Source of the DNA: the human T2T-CHM13v2.0 reference genome, Homo sapiens
Strand: one strand, 5' to 3'
Assembly: GCF_009914755.1 (NCBI RefSeq)
Contig: NC_060926.1
Length of the DNA stretch: 64,000 bases
The first letter of the stretch is position 1; each line of letters opens with the position of its first letter. The notes under the pieces are model-generated. The model was not told where the DNA came from. It saw nothing but the letters and a program-made list of their open reading frames with translations, and searched no databases. Made by a program: the position numbers and the translations under genes. This document shows, one piece after another, positions 49,633 to 62,340 of this stretch.

Positions 49633-50450
49633 GGGTTCTTATATTGGTCAGGAGCATGTGCTCATGGTTGTTTATCCAGCTTGGGGGCACACCCACAACA
49701 AACCTCCCATGGGGTTTTTCTTTGGCCCAAGATGCAAGTATAGAACTACTTGGCTGGCCTGGAAGCTTGTTTCTTAGAGTTGGCCCACAGGGCTGTTTCT
49801 CGGGGCCAGGAAGAGGCAGCACATTTCCTAAGCTGTCCTGGGGTTTTGTCTGCCAGGAGTGGATATAGGGCTGTTTTTCAGGCCTGTGACACAGCTGTAC
49901 TACTGCTCAGTTGGCCTGTGGGTGTTTCTGCTGGGGCTAGCCCATGAGGCTGTTTTGTAGGTCCAGGACACAGACATGTGGCTGCTTGGTTGGCCTGTGG
50001 GTATGCCTGCCAGAGGTGGCCTTTGGAGTATTTCTTAAGCCTTGATATTGATGCACAGATGCTTACCAGGGCTAGGGGTGTCGGCCAGAGGTGGCCCATA
50101 GGGCAGTTTTTTGGGCCCACTGTGTAGATGCATGGATTCTTGGCCAGCTTGGAGTATGTCCACCAGAAGCGACCCACCGGACAGTTTTTTCAGGCCCAGC
50201 GTGAAGGTGCATGGCTGCTTAGCCAACCTGGGATATGTCCACCAGGGGTTACACATAGGGCTCTTTCTCGGCTCTGAAACATGGGTTCTTGGCTACTCGA
50301 TGGCCTTGGCAGCATTCCCTCAAGGGGCTACCCGCAGAATTGCCTCTCAGGTGCTTATTGTGGGTGTATGTCTGGGGAATAGCAGGGGCTTTGCAGGGAT
50401 GTTTCTCTGGTCTTGAACACAGGAACATAGCCAATCTTCTGGCCTAGAAA
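49633..50450. repeat. Degenerate ~78-bp tandem array in the L1 5' region
   Basis: gggctgtttctc-like unit starts at about 49633, 49711, 49790, 49868, 49947, 50025, 50101, 50179, 50258, 50336. Confidence 0.85.
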
Positions 50451-51819
50451 TGTATCAGCTGCTTGGAGGCTCAGGGGCCTCTCCTGCTAAGGGGAAGGTA
50501 CACAGTGATTTGGCCATCTCAAGGACAGGTTTGTCTTGGGGTGGACTAGCAGACTCTTCCTCTGGCTGGAAGTACAGCAGTGACAGTTGGTTTCCCTGCC
50601 ATGCAGAACCAAATTCACAGCAGATCCTAGGCCCAAGGTCCATGTATAGGGGTTATAGTGTTCAGCCACCTTTGTTGGCTTCGCATAATAAAGATGGAGC
50701 CCCATGGCTAAAGAGTTGCTGTGGCTACTGGCCCCCAGAGGATGGTGCACTCTACAAGTGGCTCTGGCCTCAAGATGGTGCTGTGCAGCAGCAGCTTGGC
50801 TTACAGAGAATGGTTTCCGGGTGGAGAGTGAGTCTCTCATGCTCCTAATCTGGGGAATGCAGTGAGTGAATTCTGGGAGCTTCCTAAAGTGGGCTCAGGG
50901 CTTGAAAGCACTGTGGGATTCTCTTGTTCTAAGGGTTGTAGGTGTTGGCGGTAGCATTGGGGGCTACTGGGAATCTTCTGTTTACCTCTTCACCTACAAT
51001 GAGAAGTCTTTTCTGGCTCCAGGCAGATCGTATCTGGGCAGACGAGAGACGGCTGCAGAGGCTGCATGCTTCTACACTACCCTCCCGGATTTCCAAGCAC
51101 TACAGGTGTATCTTCACTGCCCCGCTGAGTTCTCACTTGCTTGCTTTGACACTCCAGTGAAATTCCAGCTGTTTATTTGTTGTCTTGGTTCTTTCTAGTG
51201 GGAGTGATGAATGCCAGGCATCGCTAGTGAGTCATCTTGCTAACGTCACTCCAAATTGTATATTTTTAAAATGTGTGATTCCGACAATCACCCAAATTTG
51301 TATGAGTACGAATTGAAGATCCCTCTAATTGTATAATTCAATTTCATGAAACATTTATTGTCAACCCATCTGTGGGGGAAAAAAGGAGATTAAAACTCAA
51401 GACAGGAAAATAAATGAAAGCCGATCTTGAAGACCATTGCAACTCAATAGAAAGCCACTATAATAAAGAAACAGTCAGAGATTTGGATTAATCGCACTCT
51501 TTAGCATTGTGTCAAGTGAGATAAGGTGCCAGGACCTCATCCTATATTCCACGGCTGTACCCTTAAACATGTTGTTCGACATCCTTTTTATTGTTCTCTA
51601 TGTTCAGCCATTGGCAGAATAAAGTGATCCTTTTCATTTCCCACATTGTCTCCTCTTTATATTATGCATCCACTGCCCCATAATATGGCTAGTTTCCATA
51701 TAGACTTGTTTGTGAATTCGCGAAATATATTCCATATGCTGAGGCAGCATTCAATAAATGTGACATTATGTATAAACTTCTACTGCTAATAAGCACACAG
51801 TACATAAATGTCAAAACCT

Positions 51820-52705
51820 ATTGGGTTAAAAGTTAAATGTAAGTAGCAAAAAATAGGTGAATATCTTTTCAACTTCTGGGTAGGGAGCAGTTCCTACATA
51901 AAATATATAAAGCACTAGCTATTAAAAGTATTGATACATTTGAATATTACAAAAATCTGATTTTGAATCATCCTATGGTACATAAACAAAATGAAAAGAC
52001 AAACTACAAATATCCAGCAGAGGTGATATTCCAGATAACTAATAAGTAATTAACATTAAGACTATATAACAAACTATAAAAATAAGTAAAAGCAAACAAG
52101 TTTGGAAAAATTAATAGTTTATAGAAGAGAAAATATAATTGGCCAGTAATTTATTACAAGATATTTAACTTCACTGATTTTGAAAACAAAAATTAAGACA
52201 ATGGTGATCTATTATTTTACTAGGTATTCAACGGGCAAAAAATAATTTTTGGTCTTAAAATTTCAAATGTTGGAAAGAATGTGAACATGTTAGATCTTTA
52301 ATACTTGCTATCAGGAGTATTCTCATTTGGAGAATTTGGTATTATTTCAGGAAGTTAAATATCTGCGTACTCAACACCGGGCAATGCCATCCTTAGATGT
52401 ATATAAAAATCTTGCCAATGCTTACCAGGAAGTGTGTGTAACAATGTTTATAACAACAAACAATGTATGCAACTCAAATGTCCATGTTAGGGAAAACGAA
52501 TACACTTTTTGTGGGATATTCATAGAATGGGTTATAGCAATGAAAATGAATAACTATCATGATAAAAAAAAAAAAAACAGTACAGATGAATCTCATTGAA
52601 ACAATTCGGAGTGAAAAAAGCTAGTCCCAGAAAACTACCTTCAATCTAATACTTTTTTAAAAAGGAAGTATAAAAACAAGCAACACTGCACTATCTGCTT
52701 TTTTC
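51820..52705 (+). mobile_element. L1ME-like ORF2 end and 3' UTR
   Basis: aaatgaaaagacaaactacaaa ... caactcaaatgtccat ... gatgaatctcattgaaacaattcggagtgaaaaaagctagtcccag. Confidence 0.8.
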
Positions 52706-54195
52706 ATGATCAGGTAACCAAGGAGCAAAAAGCAGTTTATCATCTCCCCACAAATACATCCTATATACAATAGTGGAGCTGAGCCTGTATACCCACAATG
52801 AAAACCCACATTTTAAACAAAGACAAACAGGAAATACATAGCTGTTATTGGCTTATGAAAATGATGAAATCCTTCTAGGCAACTATTTGGAGATCTCTCT
52901 GACATGACAATGGAGAAGGTTTTTGGTTAGATTCCAGTTCTGTTCTCTGTATATTATTCTCCATGGCTCTTGGTCCCACATTCAGTGAGTTTTTCTCAAC
53001 TTGTCGTGCATATGGCCACAGCTAAAGTCGTGTTGAGAAGTACACCTGCATTATGGGCTATACAGCTTGTGCTGCCTTTTCATGTTTATATAAGGATTTC
53101 TTGTTGTTATTATTATTATTAGGCCAGTTTATTTTTTAGGGTAATGCAGTTTTTTTAACTTAATAATGAGCAATTTATTTTTTTCCTCTAGTAAGATCAT
53201 GTATCATTAACCATACCCAAATTTATTTCCCAAGCATACTTCTCAAATTCTCTCTCTATATGTATAGCTTTCCCATTTCCTGGCCTCTGTATCCTAATTT
53301 AGCAAAGGTTGCCTAGAGCCCATCTGGCTTGGATGAGAATATAAAAACCTTATTTTCCACAGGGCTGAATCTTTTAAAGAATCTTTGTTGCTCAAAGTTG
53401 TGTGTGTGTGTGTGTTTAAATCATTATTTTTTTCTGTTTCATGTCTAGAGATAACTTTTCAAATCAGTTATGACCCCAGATGTATCAACTCCCTGTATCA
53501 TTTTTGTTTCTATTCTTGAACAGCCAATTCTTTTCTTTTCAGCTTATTATTTCTAATATCTTACTAACCCAATCAGTTAAAATCAACTACCTCGCTGAAA
53601 GCTGGTTTTCCAAACTCTTCTTCTACAGCCAACTCAGTAGGCACTTGGTTGCTTTCTCTGGCATTGCTGACAGTAGCTACTGTGTTTTCACAATACCTTA
53701 AGAAGATCATATTTCCAGCCTCTGATAGCAGTTTTCTCTGCCACTCTACCACTGAGTTACATAGTTTAGGCATTTTAAAAATGCTGACACCTCACTTAAA
53801 GTTGCCAAAATTTTATTAGTTATTATAATTCTCGCTGCCATAAAATATAAATCCAAGATATTTGTGACAACATAATTATAATTGGTCACTAAAATAAAGT
53901 TTAAATGGGTGTTTCTGATAGGCAAGACTCTGCCCCAAGTGGTTATTAATGGAAGTAAGCTCCTACCAACTTGTGATTGCTGTATTCAACATGTGCTCCT
54001 CCATTTGTAGGAAGAGGGGAAAGAGCATTACAGGTTGCAAGCAGAGGTTCTTTATGTCCAGCTGTGGAAGGGGCAAAATAAATTCTGCTTATGTTCACTT
54101 GCATGGCCAGAACTTCCAAAGAGGAAGCTGGGAATTGTTGTGTGTCTAGGTGAGAGAGGAAATATGTTTGATGAAGAGCTGGCTAAATTTGAACA
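52706..54195 (-). mobile_element. Old MLT1 internal region plus LTR (from ~53813)
   Basis: cacctcacttaaagttgccaaaattt followed by tattagtta ... ctcgctgccataa, and aagaggaagctgggaattg: degraded MLT1J/K-like pattern. Confidence 0.5.
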
Positions 54196-54229
54196 CATAT
54201 TTTATATAAGTTTATTTTTATTATCCTCT

Positions 54230-54330
54230 ACTATTAGATAATAAGCTCCTTGGGAATATATCTGTCTTTTTGATTCTTGTATCCCCACAGCTAGCACTCT
54301 ACTAGGACATGAAAAATAAATGCTTAATCC
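54230..54330 (+). mobile_element. L2 3' end
   Basis: ttagataataagctccttggg ... tgtatccccacagctagcac ... taaatgctt. Confidence 0.65.
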
Positions 54331-54739
54331 GTGATCTTCATTTCTTTGTAAACATGATAACAGTAATGTGGGAATCAAAACAGTTATAGCAACGGCATCA
54401 GTTGTAAGCAGACAAGTTTGTGAGAAACTTCTACAGACTAAAACTGTCATCGTGCCTATGCTATATGATCTTTCTAACCTACAGGATGGAAGAATTAAGT
54501 GAGACACAGCCATAAATACTGTTTTTTTTTAACATTTTAGTTATTTTATTACAAACCAAAATACAAATACAGAAAAGCATACAAAAATTTTGTAGTGTAA
54601 TGAATGCATAGAAGGTAAGTGCTCTCATATCCTTTCCCCATATCAAGAAACAGAATTTTAACAGCCACCTTCTAAGCCCCTCCTTGTGCCCCATTCAGAT
54701 CACCAACTCTTCCCCACAAAATAGCAACTATCTTACTTA

Positions 54740-56510
54740 AATTTTTCTTTTTAATTGATACATAATATTTGTACATACATATAATACATGTGATATTTAG
54801 TTGCATTTTAAGATGTGTAGTGATCAATTTAGGGTATGTAGGATATTCATCACCTCTAGTATTTATGATTTATATATGTAGAGAACATTTCAAATCCTTC
54901 TGCTAGTATTTTGAAGTATACAATACACTGCTTTTAACTGTAGTCACCCTACTATTCTATTGAACATTATAACTTGTTTCTTCTTACTGTATGTTTTTAC
55001 CCATTAGCCAAACTCTCTTTATATGCCACCCCACACACATCCCTTTCCAAACTCTGGTAATTATCATTCTGCTCTCTACAAAGAGAATAATTCTTTATAA
55101 AATTGCAAAATATATTCTGATCTCTAAAAAGTTGAGATCAACTTTTTCAGCTCCCATCTATGAGTGAGAAAATGTGATAAGTCTTTCTGTGCCTGGCTCA
55201 TTTCAGTTAATATAATGACCTCCAGTTTGATTCACGTTGCTGCAAATGATATGATATAATTTTTTACAGCCAAATAGTATTTCGTTGTGTATATGTACTA
55301 CAATTTCTTTATTAATTCATCCATTGATAAACACATAGATTGATTCCATATCTTTGCTACTGTGAATAGTGCTGCAATAGACATAGGAGTGCCAGTATCC
55401 CTTTGATTTTCTTCCCTTTGATAAATATCCAGTAATGGGATTGCTGGATTATATGATAGTTCTATTTTTAGTTTCCTGAAAGAGTTTCATACTGTTTTCC
55501 ATAGTGGTTCTACTAATTTACATTCCCACCAACAGTGTATAAGAATTCCCATTTATCCATGTACTTACCAGCATCTGTTATTTTTGTCTTTTTAAAAACA
55601 ACCATTCTACCAGGGCAAGATGATATCTTGTGGTTTTGTTGTTCATGTCTCTGACGATTAATGATGTTAAACGTTCATATACCTGTTAGCTATTCATATG
55701 TCTTTTGCGAAATATTTATTCATGCCCTTTGCCCATCTTCTAATAGGATTATTTGTTTTCTTGTGGTTGCTTGAGATGCTTGTGTATTCTGAATATTAGT
55801 TGTATGATGAACAGTTTGTAAATATTTTCTTTCATTTAACGGGTAATATCTTCAGTCTCTTGAGTCTTCCCTTTGCTGTGCAGAAGCTTTTTAGTTTTAG
55901 TCCCATTTATCTATTTTTTGTTTTTGTTGCCTGTGTTTTCGAGGTCTTAGCCATAAAATCTTTGCTTAGACCAATGTTCTAAAGGGTTTCCCCTATGTTT
56001 TCTTCAGGTAGTTTTGTAATTTCTAGTCTTATGTTTAACACTTTAATCCATCTTGAGTTAATTTTTTATATGGTGAGATAGGGGTCCAGTTTCATTCTTC
56101 TGCATGTGGATATCCAGTTTTCCAAGCACCAAGTATTGAAGAAGCTTCCCTTTTTTCATTGCATGTATGTTCTTGGTGCCTTTGTTGAACATCAGCTCAC
56201 TCTAAATATGTGGATTTATTTCTGGGTTCTCTATTCTGTTCCACTGGTCCATGTTTACACCAACACCATGCTGTTTGGGTTACTATAGAATGTAATGTAT
56301 TTTGTAGTAAGGCAGTATGTAACTTCAGCTTTGTTCTTTTTGCTCAAAATTTATTTGGCTATTTAAGTTCTTTTTGTGGTTCCATTCACATTTTAGGATT
56401 GTTTTACTATTTCTGTGAAGAATGTCCTGTTGTTTTGATAGGGATTGCACTGACTTTGTAGATTGTTTTGGGTAAAATAGACATTTAACAATATTCAATC
56501 CTTTCATTTT
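54740..56510 (-). mobile_element. 5'-truncated L1MA 3' end, within or next to an older L1ME fragment (54520-54740)
   Basis: ttaattgatacataatatttgtacat ... gctcccatctatgagtgagaa ... tttgctgtgcagaagcttttt ... gatagggattgcactga. Confidence 0.9.
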
Positions 56511-57379
56511 TCCTGCTTCAGCTGATATTTTCAGATTGTCTGACATGCTTTCCAAGGAAAACCTATTGGCTATTTTGGGTTTTTTTCTGTTCTCAAGTTT
56601 GCCATATGTCCCCAGTAGTTTCATAGTTTCAGCCATCCATTTAAGTCTTTAATCCATCTTGAGTTAATTTTTGTATGTGATGAGAGACAGGGGTCCAGTT
56701 TTATTCTTCTGCATATTGGTATACAGTTTCTCTCTGCTCTCTCCTGCAGATGACAATATAATTTATGTGAACATTGTAGCAATTGGTGGTTTATTACTAC
56801 CTAAATGCATTTTATTCTGCAGATAAGCCTTTTTACCTAGTTTGGTTAATAAATGTTTATTGATATTGGTTTAGGTATGTATTTATTATGCAGGTTTTTA
56901 TTGGGGATTTGGAGAATTTCAAAACCTATACTCTGCCACCATCATTTTCCCAAAATTTCTGTTGAATATAAGCATAAACACACAAAGACACATATATATA
57001 CCTTCATATTAAATATATGTTTCTGCATCCAGCTATGTTTCTCTTAATGTTATGTCTTTAGGATATTCATTCATATATACATTTATTTATTCCTTTCATC
57101 TGCAATACAGCATTTTATTATATTACTCTAACACATCTTTGTTTCTGTTGTTTATTTCTTTCTTTTGTCCCTTGGAAGTTGAAATTGAACTAACACCGTC
57201 TTTCTTCTTACCATGCTCTAATACATTACTTTATCAGAAGCTGTACTTTTTAAAAGAAAACAGTACTCAGTGTTTTAGAAAAAATATGTATAAAAATTTG
57301 AGACTTCTTCAGGGAGCCATATATAGTCTTTAAATGTAGATAGAATATACTGTTTGCATCCGTCCAACTTATATTTTGT

Positions 57380-57845
57380 AAAGTATTAATGTGATAAACC
57401 TTACTTAGGCATACAGTGGCCAAATTAGAATTATTGGAATGTATACATCCCTATTACTAATCTCACCCTAATTTTACAGTCAGACCTAACGTGATTCGCC
57501 AAATATCACACAGCTGCCTCTTTAAGTAAGGAGCTAAAACTGCCAGCTCTTTTAGTGAGGTTACATTAATCTTTCATTAATGAAGAGGAAAATATTTTTG
57601 AGAATTATAAACTTCAATTATCAATTTCTTCACCACTACATTTAGGTCAGCAAAACTTGATTTTCGTTCTACATCTCTCGGTTTTTATCGCTTTATATTT
57701 GAGAAGTAGAATACCATCTGACTTACAGCCTCATAACCTGTAAAATAGTTACAATAATATCTAGTTATTTCTAGTTTTTAAAGATTAGAAATAATACATG
57801 TATGGGGCTGGCACATAGCAAAGTCACAATTAATGATTGAGTCGT
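57380..57845. mobile_element. Two MIR fragments (~57400-57560 minus, ~57715-57840 plus)
   Basis: tctcaccctaattttacag ... gccaaatatcacacagct; cctgtaaaatagttacaataatatcta ... gctggcacatagc. Confidence 0.5.
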
Positions 57846-59559
57846 TCCTTCTATGAGGAACCAGGCTCCCCATGAACTAACTCTAGGTCACAGGTTAGTG
57901 TCCCAGCTCTTGTCTTTACCTTGCAACAAATTTGCTTTGTGTTAATCATCTTGTTTTTGTTAGAAAGTAGCAAACCCAATCTTGTTTGCTAACCCTATAC
58001 TATGCCTTATATTTTCTTAGGAACCTAGAAACATGAAAGCTTATCATTCCCTTTTCTTAATGGTTGTACTAGAATACTAATGCAATTCTACATGAACAAA
58101 TGATTGAACCATAAAATCCTTTCATTCTAGCAAAAAATCTGCTTCATAATATAATGATGTCCAAATCATCCTGAATTAAATAAAATGTTGAGATTATTAA
58201 CTGATCTGTGGCTTTATGGCAGCATGATAAAAAAACAAATAAAATCATTTAGACAAGTCAATATAATGTGCTTACCTTGCCCTCTCTGTGCAACTGAAGG
58301 CTCGTCATGTCATTTAGTATATCCAGTGATGTGTCATCTGGGGAGGACTGATTGTGGTCAATAAAGATGCTTGCAGTGATGAAGACTGGGCATCAGTAAT
58401 AAACATAAGTCTTTCACTATGTCTGTTCATAACAGTTGGATCAGCTCTACTAAACTGACATGGGGTAGGTAGGAAGGAACTACTTTCTAATAAAGAATAT
58501 CTGATTGGCAGAATTGAGTAGTTGGAAAGATTATAATCCTGGGTTCCAAACAAGGGAGACTTTGGCTCTGAGTCTTTTCATTTGGTCAGTGGCCTTTCAG
58601 ATATTTCTCTGTGTTTGTATGTGTACAATTACACATGCATATAACATTTTAGTTTTTTCTATAAATGTGCTGCATTCTACATATATTCCTACAATTTTAT
58701 TTTTTTAAGTTAGCATTCTGTGATTCCTTTTTTACTCACATTTTACTCACATTCCCCAACACCTCTTCCTCCCACTTCCTGTCGACTACACATATTAAAG
58801 GGTATTTTGGTGGTTTACGCACTGAAAAGTTTGGGGAGAGGCGCATGTGTGCTTTAATCTGGAGAGTGGCCCCGTTGTGCTCTGATTGTTTTAGATTCAC
58901 TCTCCTTTGTTGTGAATCTCTCTTCAGAGTTTTGTTTTCTTCACTTAGCAAAATTTTCTGAGTATCTATTAAGGATTGGCCATACTTCTAGGTGCTGGGG
59001 ACATGTTGAGAAAATAAAACAATTAAATTCATGATTACCATGGTACTTGCATTTTAGTAAGAAAGCCCAAAAACAAACAATACTTTGATGAATCCAAGTA
59101 AATATTAGGTTGTGACAAGAGAAAAGAAGTGACTAAAGCAATTCTAAGCTTTACAGCTAAATCTCACACTGTCTAGATGAAGAGACAAAAGGTTACTCCT
59201 GTTAGAAGCTTGAGACACTACCTTTACAGAAGATTCTAGCAAAGTTTCCCCACAGATCATTAATTTGAATTGAGTCACATGCTCTTCCTAATGATATTCT
59301 TAGGCAGGAGAATGGCGTAAGCCAACTATCTTAGGCCTCCATCACCTGAACCAGTTAGTCTAGAAGATGGTCTTACCCCAATTGAGCTAATGTATTTAGA
59401 GCTCACCCAAGGTAGGCATTGCAATCATTTATCGTTACCCTATTTAAATCCTGGGCTGTGAGGAAATGTGAAAGCTATGTGAATAACGTTTGTGAGATAA
59501 GCATATTATTCACCTAAATGTGCCTTTTAGGACTCCCAAGTAAATACATTCAGAATTAT

Positions 59560-62340
59560 TTTATGCTTTTTAACTGCTAGATAGTATTTCATGCTTTGGA
59601 ATCATGATTGCTTATTTTACCATTCTTTCCTTGATGAAGATTTAGACTGCTTCCCATTATTACAAACAAGACTGCAAAATATTATTTTACATACCTTCTT
59701 TTGTTAATATGTGAGAGTTTTTCAGGTGCATAAATGATCAGGATTGCTGGGTCGTACTGTACGCACATTTTCAATGTTAGCCGATTCTGCTGAATTGTTC
59801 TACAAAATTGCTTGATAGATTAAACTGCTGTCTCCAGTGTAGTCACTGTACTACTACAATATTTGATATTATCATTAAAAAGTTAACCCTATGAATAAAA
59901 GAATGTTATAACATTCTTGATTATTTATTCTTTTATGTATTTATTAATTATTGCACTTCCTAGGTCACTAGTGAGACTTAGCATCTTTTCACAAGTTACT
60001 AATGATTTGTATTTCCTATGTAAATTGCTTGTTTGTATAACCTGTTTTGTTTATTTTTTCCATGTAGATTTTAAGCAATTTGGTATGCTCCAGGTATAAG
60101 AGATTTATCTAGAGAATAAGCTGCAAATATATTTATTATTCTCTTGCTTTATCTTTATTTTTCACTTCTTATTTATTTTTTTATTTACTTTTTAAATTTT
60201 GGGTTTGGGGATACAAGTGAAGGTTTGTTTCATAGGTAAATATGTGTCATGGAGGTTAGTTGTACAGATTATTTATTCACCCAGGTATTAAGCTCAGAGC
60301 CCAGTAGTTATCTTTTCTGCTTCTCTGCCTCGTCCTACCCTCCCCACTCAAGTAGACCCCAGTGTCTGTTATTTGCTTCTTTGTGTCCATAAGTTCTTAT
60401 CATTTAGCTCCCACTTGTAAGTGAGAACATGAGGTATGTGGTTTCCTGTTCCTGTGTTAGTTTACTAACGATAATAGCCTCCAGCTACATCCATGTTCCC
60501 ACAAATGACATGATCTTGTTCTTTTTTATAGTGCATACTATTCCATGGCGTGTATGTACATTTTCTTTATCCAATCTGTCATTGATGGGCATTTAGGTTG
60601 ATTCCATGTCTTTGCTATTGTGAGTTGTGCTGCAGTGAACATTCATGTGCATGTGCCTTTATGGTGAAATGATTTATATTCCTCTCGGTATATACCCAGG
60701 ATGGTAGTTCTGCTTTGAGCTTTTTGAGGAATCTCCATACTGCTTTCCACAATGGTTTAACTAATAAAACTCCCATCAACAGTGTATAAGTGTTCCCTTT
60801 TCTCCACAACCTTACTGTATTTTGATTTTTTAATAATAACCATTCAGACTGGTGTGAGATGGTATCTCATTGTAGTTTTGATTTCCATTTCTCTAACGAT
60901 CAGTGATATTGAGCATTTTTTCATATGCTTGTTAGCCACATGTATTCCTTCTTTTGAGAAGTGTCTCTTCATGTACTTTACCTAGTTTTTAATGTGGCTA
61001 TTTGTTTTTCTCTAGTAAATTTGTTTATTTCCTTATAGATCCTCGATATTAGATCTCTGTCAGATGCATAGTTGGCAGATATTTTCTTTCATTCTGTAAG
61101 TTGTCTGTTTACCCTGTTGATAGTTTCTTTTGCTATGCAGAAGCTCTTTAGGTTAATTAGATCCTATTCATCATTTTTTGCTTTTTTTGATTGCTTTAGA
61201 TGTTTTTATCATGATTTCTTTGATCATTCCTACATACAGGATGTTATTGCCCAGGTTGTCTTACAGGGCTTTTATAATTTTGGGTTTTATATTTAATTGT
61301 TTAATCCATCTTGAATTGATTTTTGTATATGGCATAAGAAAGGGGTCCACCTTCAATTTTCTGCATATGGCTAGTCAGTTATCCTAGCACCATTTATTGA
61401 ATAGAGAGTCTTCTCCCCATTGCTTGTTTTTGTCAGTTTTCTCTAATATCATATGGTCATAGATGTAGATTCTATTCCATTGGTCTATGTCCCTGTTTTT
61501 GTACCAGTACCATGCTGTTTTGGTTACTCTAGCCCTGTAGTATAGTTTGAAATTAGGTAACATGATTCCTTCAGCCTGTTTTTTTTTCTTTTGCCTTGGT
61601 TTTTCAGGTTCTTTTTTGGTTCCATAGAAATTTTAAAATAGTTATTTTTACAGCAGTTTACCATTTTTATATAGGTAAATTTATGTATTTTTCTTTAATA
61701 TTTTATGTTTTATTTTAAAGACGTTCTCTATTTCAATATTAAAAACAAATTATCCTATGTTACTCTTAAGTATTCAAAGGGTTGATTCATATATATTTTA
61801 TCTATGTGAAATAAATGTGTGTTTGTGTATGTGTGTGTGAGTGAACATATGAACTAGGTACCTGGATTCCTTTCCCAAATAACTAGTTGTTTAAATATGC
61901 TTGATTTAATAGTTATTTATTTCCCCACTGATTTAAAATGTCACATGCAATACAAACTAAATGATCGTATATTAATGAATTTCTTTCTGAATTATATTTT
62001 TAAAATATTTTTGTCTATTTTTGTATTAGTTCCACACTGATCTAATTATTATGACTTTGTAATATGTTTTTGAGATATACTTGAGCTAGTGCCTCCCTGG
62101 ATTTTTTTTCAAAATATTATTTTCTCTTCTTGTACATTTTATCTTTTGCATGTGTTTTCCACAACACTTCTTTAATGTCGTGTTACATTCTGTTTGGGTT
62201 TTTATTGTGATCACATTAATTTAGAGAGATTTGATTGTGATGTATTATTGTGTTGTCTCATCCAGAAATGTTATATTTCTGTATTTATTAATATTTTCTT
62301 TTAGGACTTTTATTAAAATTAAATATTTTTCTTCAAATTA
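59560..62340 (-). mobile_element. Old L1ME fragment split by a younger L1PA
   Basis: ggattgctgggtcgta ... (59740) and continuation after 61650 (taccatttttatat ... ttccacactgatctaattattatgactttgtaatatgtt). Confidence 0.65.
60150..61650 (-). mobile_element. 5'-truncated L1PA (about PA13-PA15) 3' end
   Basis: cataggtaaatatgtgtcatggaggttagttgtacagattattt ... cccaggtattaagc ... gtgagaacatg ... ttttgtaccagtaccatgctgttttggttac. Confidence 0.93.

Larger units (their letters stand above)
41820..51252 (-). mobile_element. Near-full-length L1MA (MA4/5-like 3' end, L1M2-type 5' end), ~7.1 kb after removing the nested THE1
   Basis: Colinear 3' UTR, ORF2 (peptides MQIKTKMRFLLT and DREGYYVII), ORF1, 5' region. 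5' terminus on the reverse strand GGAGTGACGTTAGCAAGATG. Possible TSD aaattttatttt (41806) / aaattgtatattt (51253). Confidence 0.9.

Noticed and set aside
49633-50450. CRISPR-like periodic array
   Set aside because: Whole units are homologous and degenerate with no unique spacers, there are no cas genes, and the context is a eukaryotic L1
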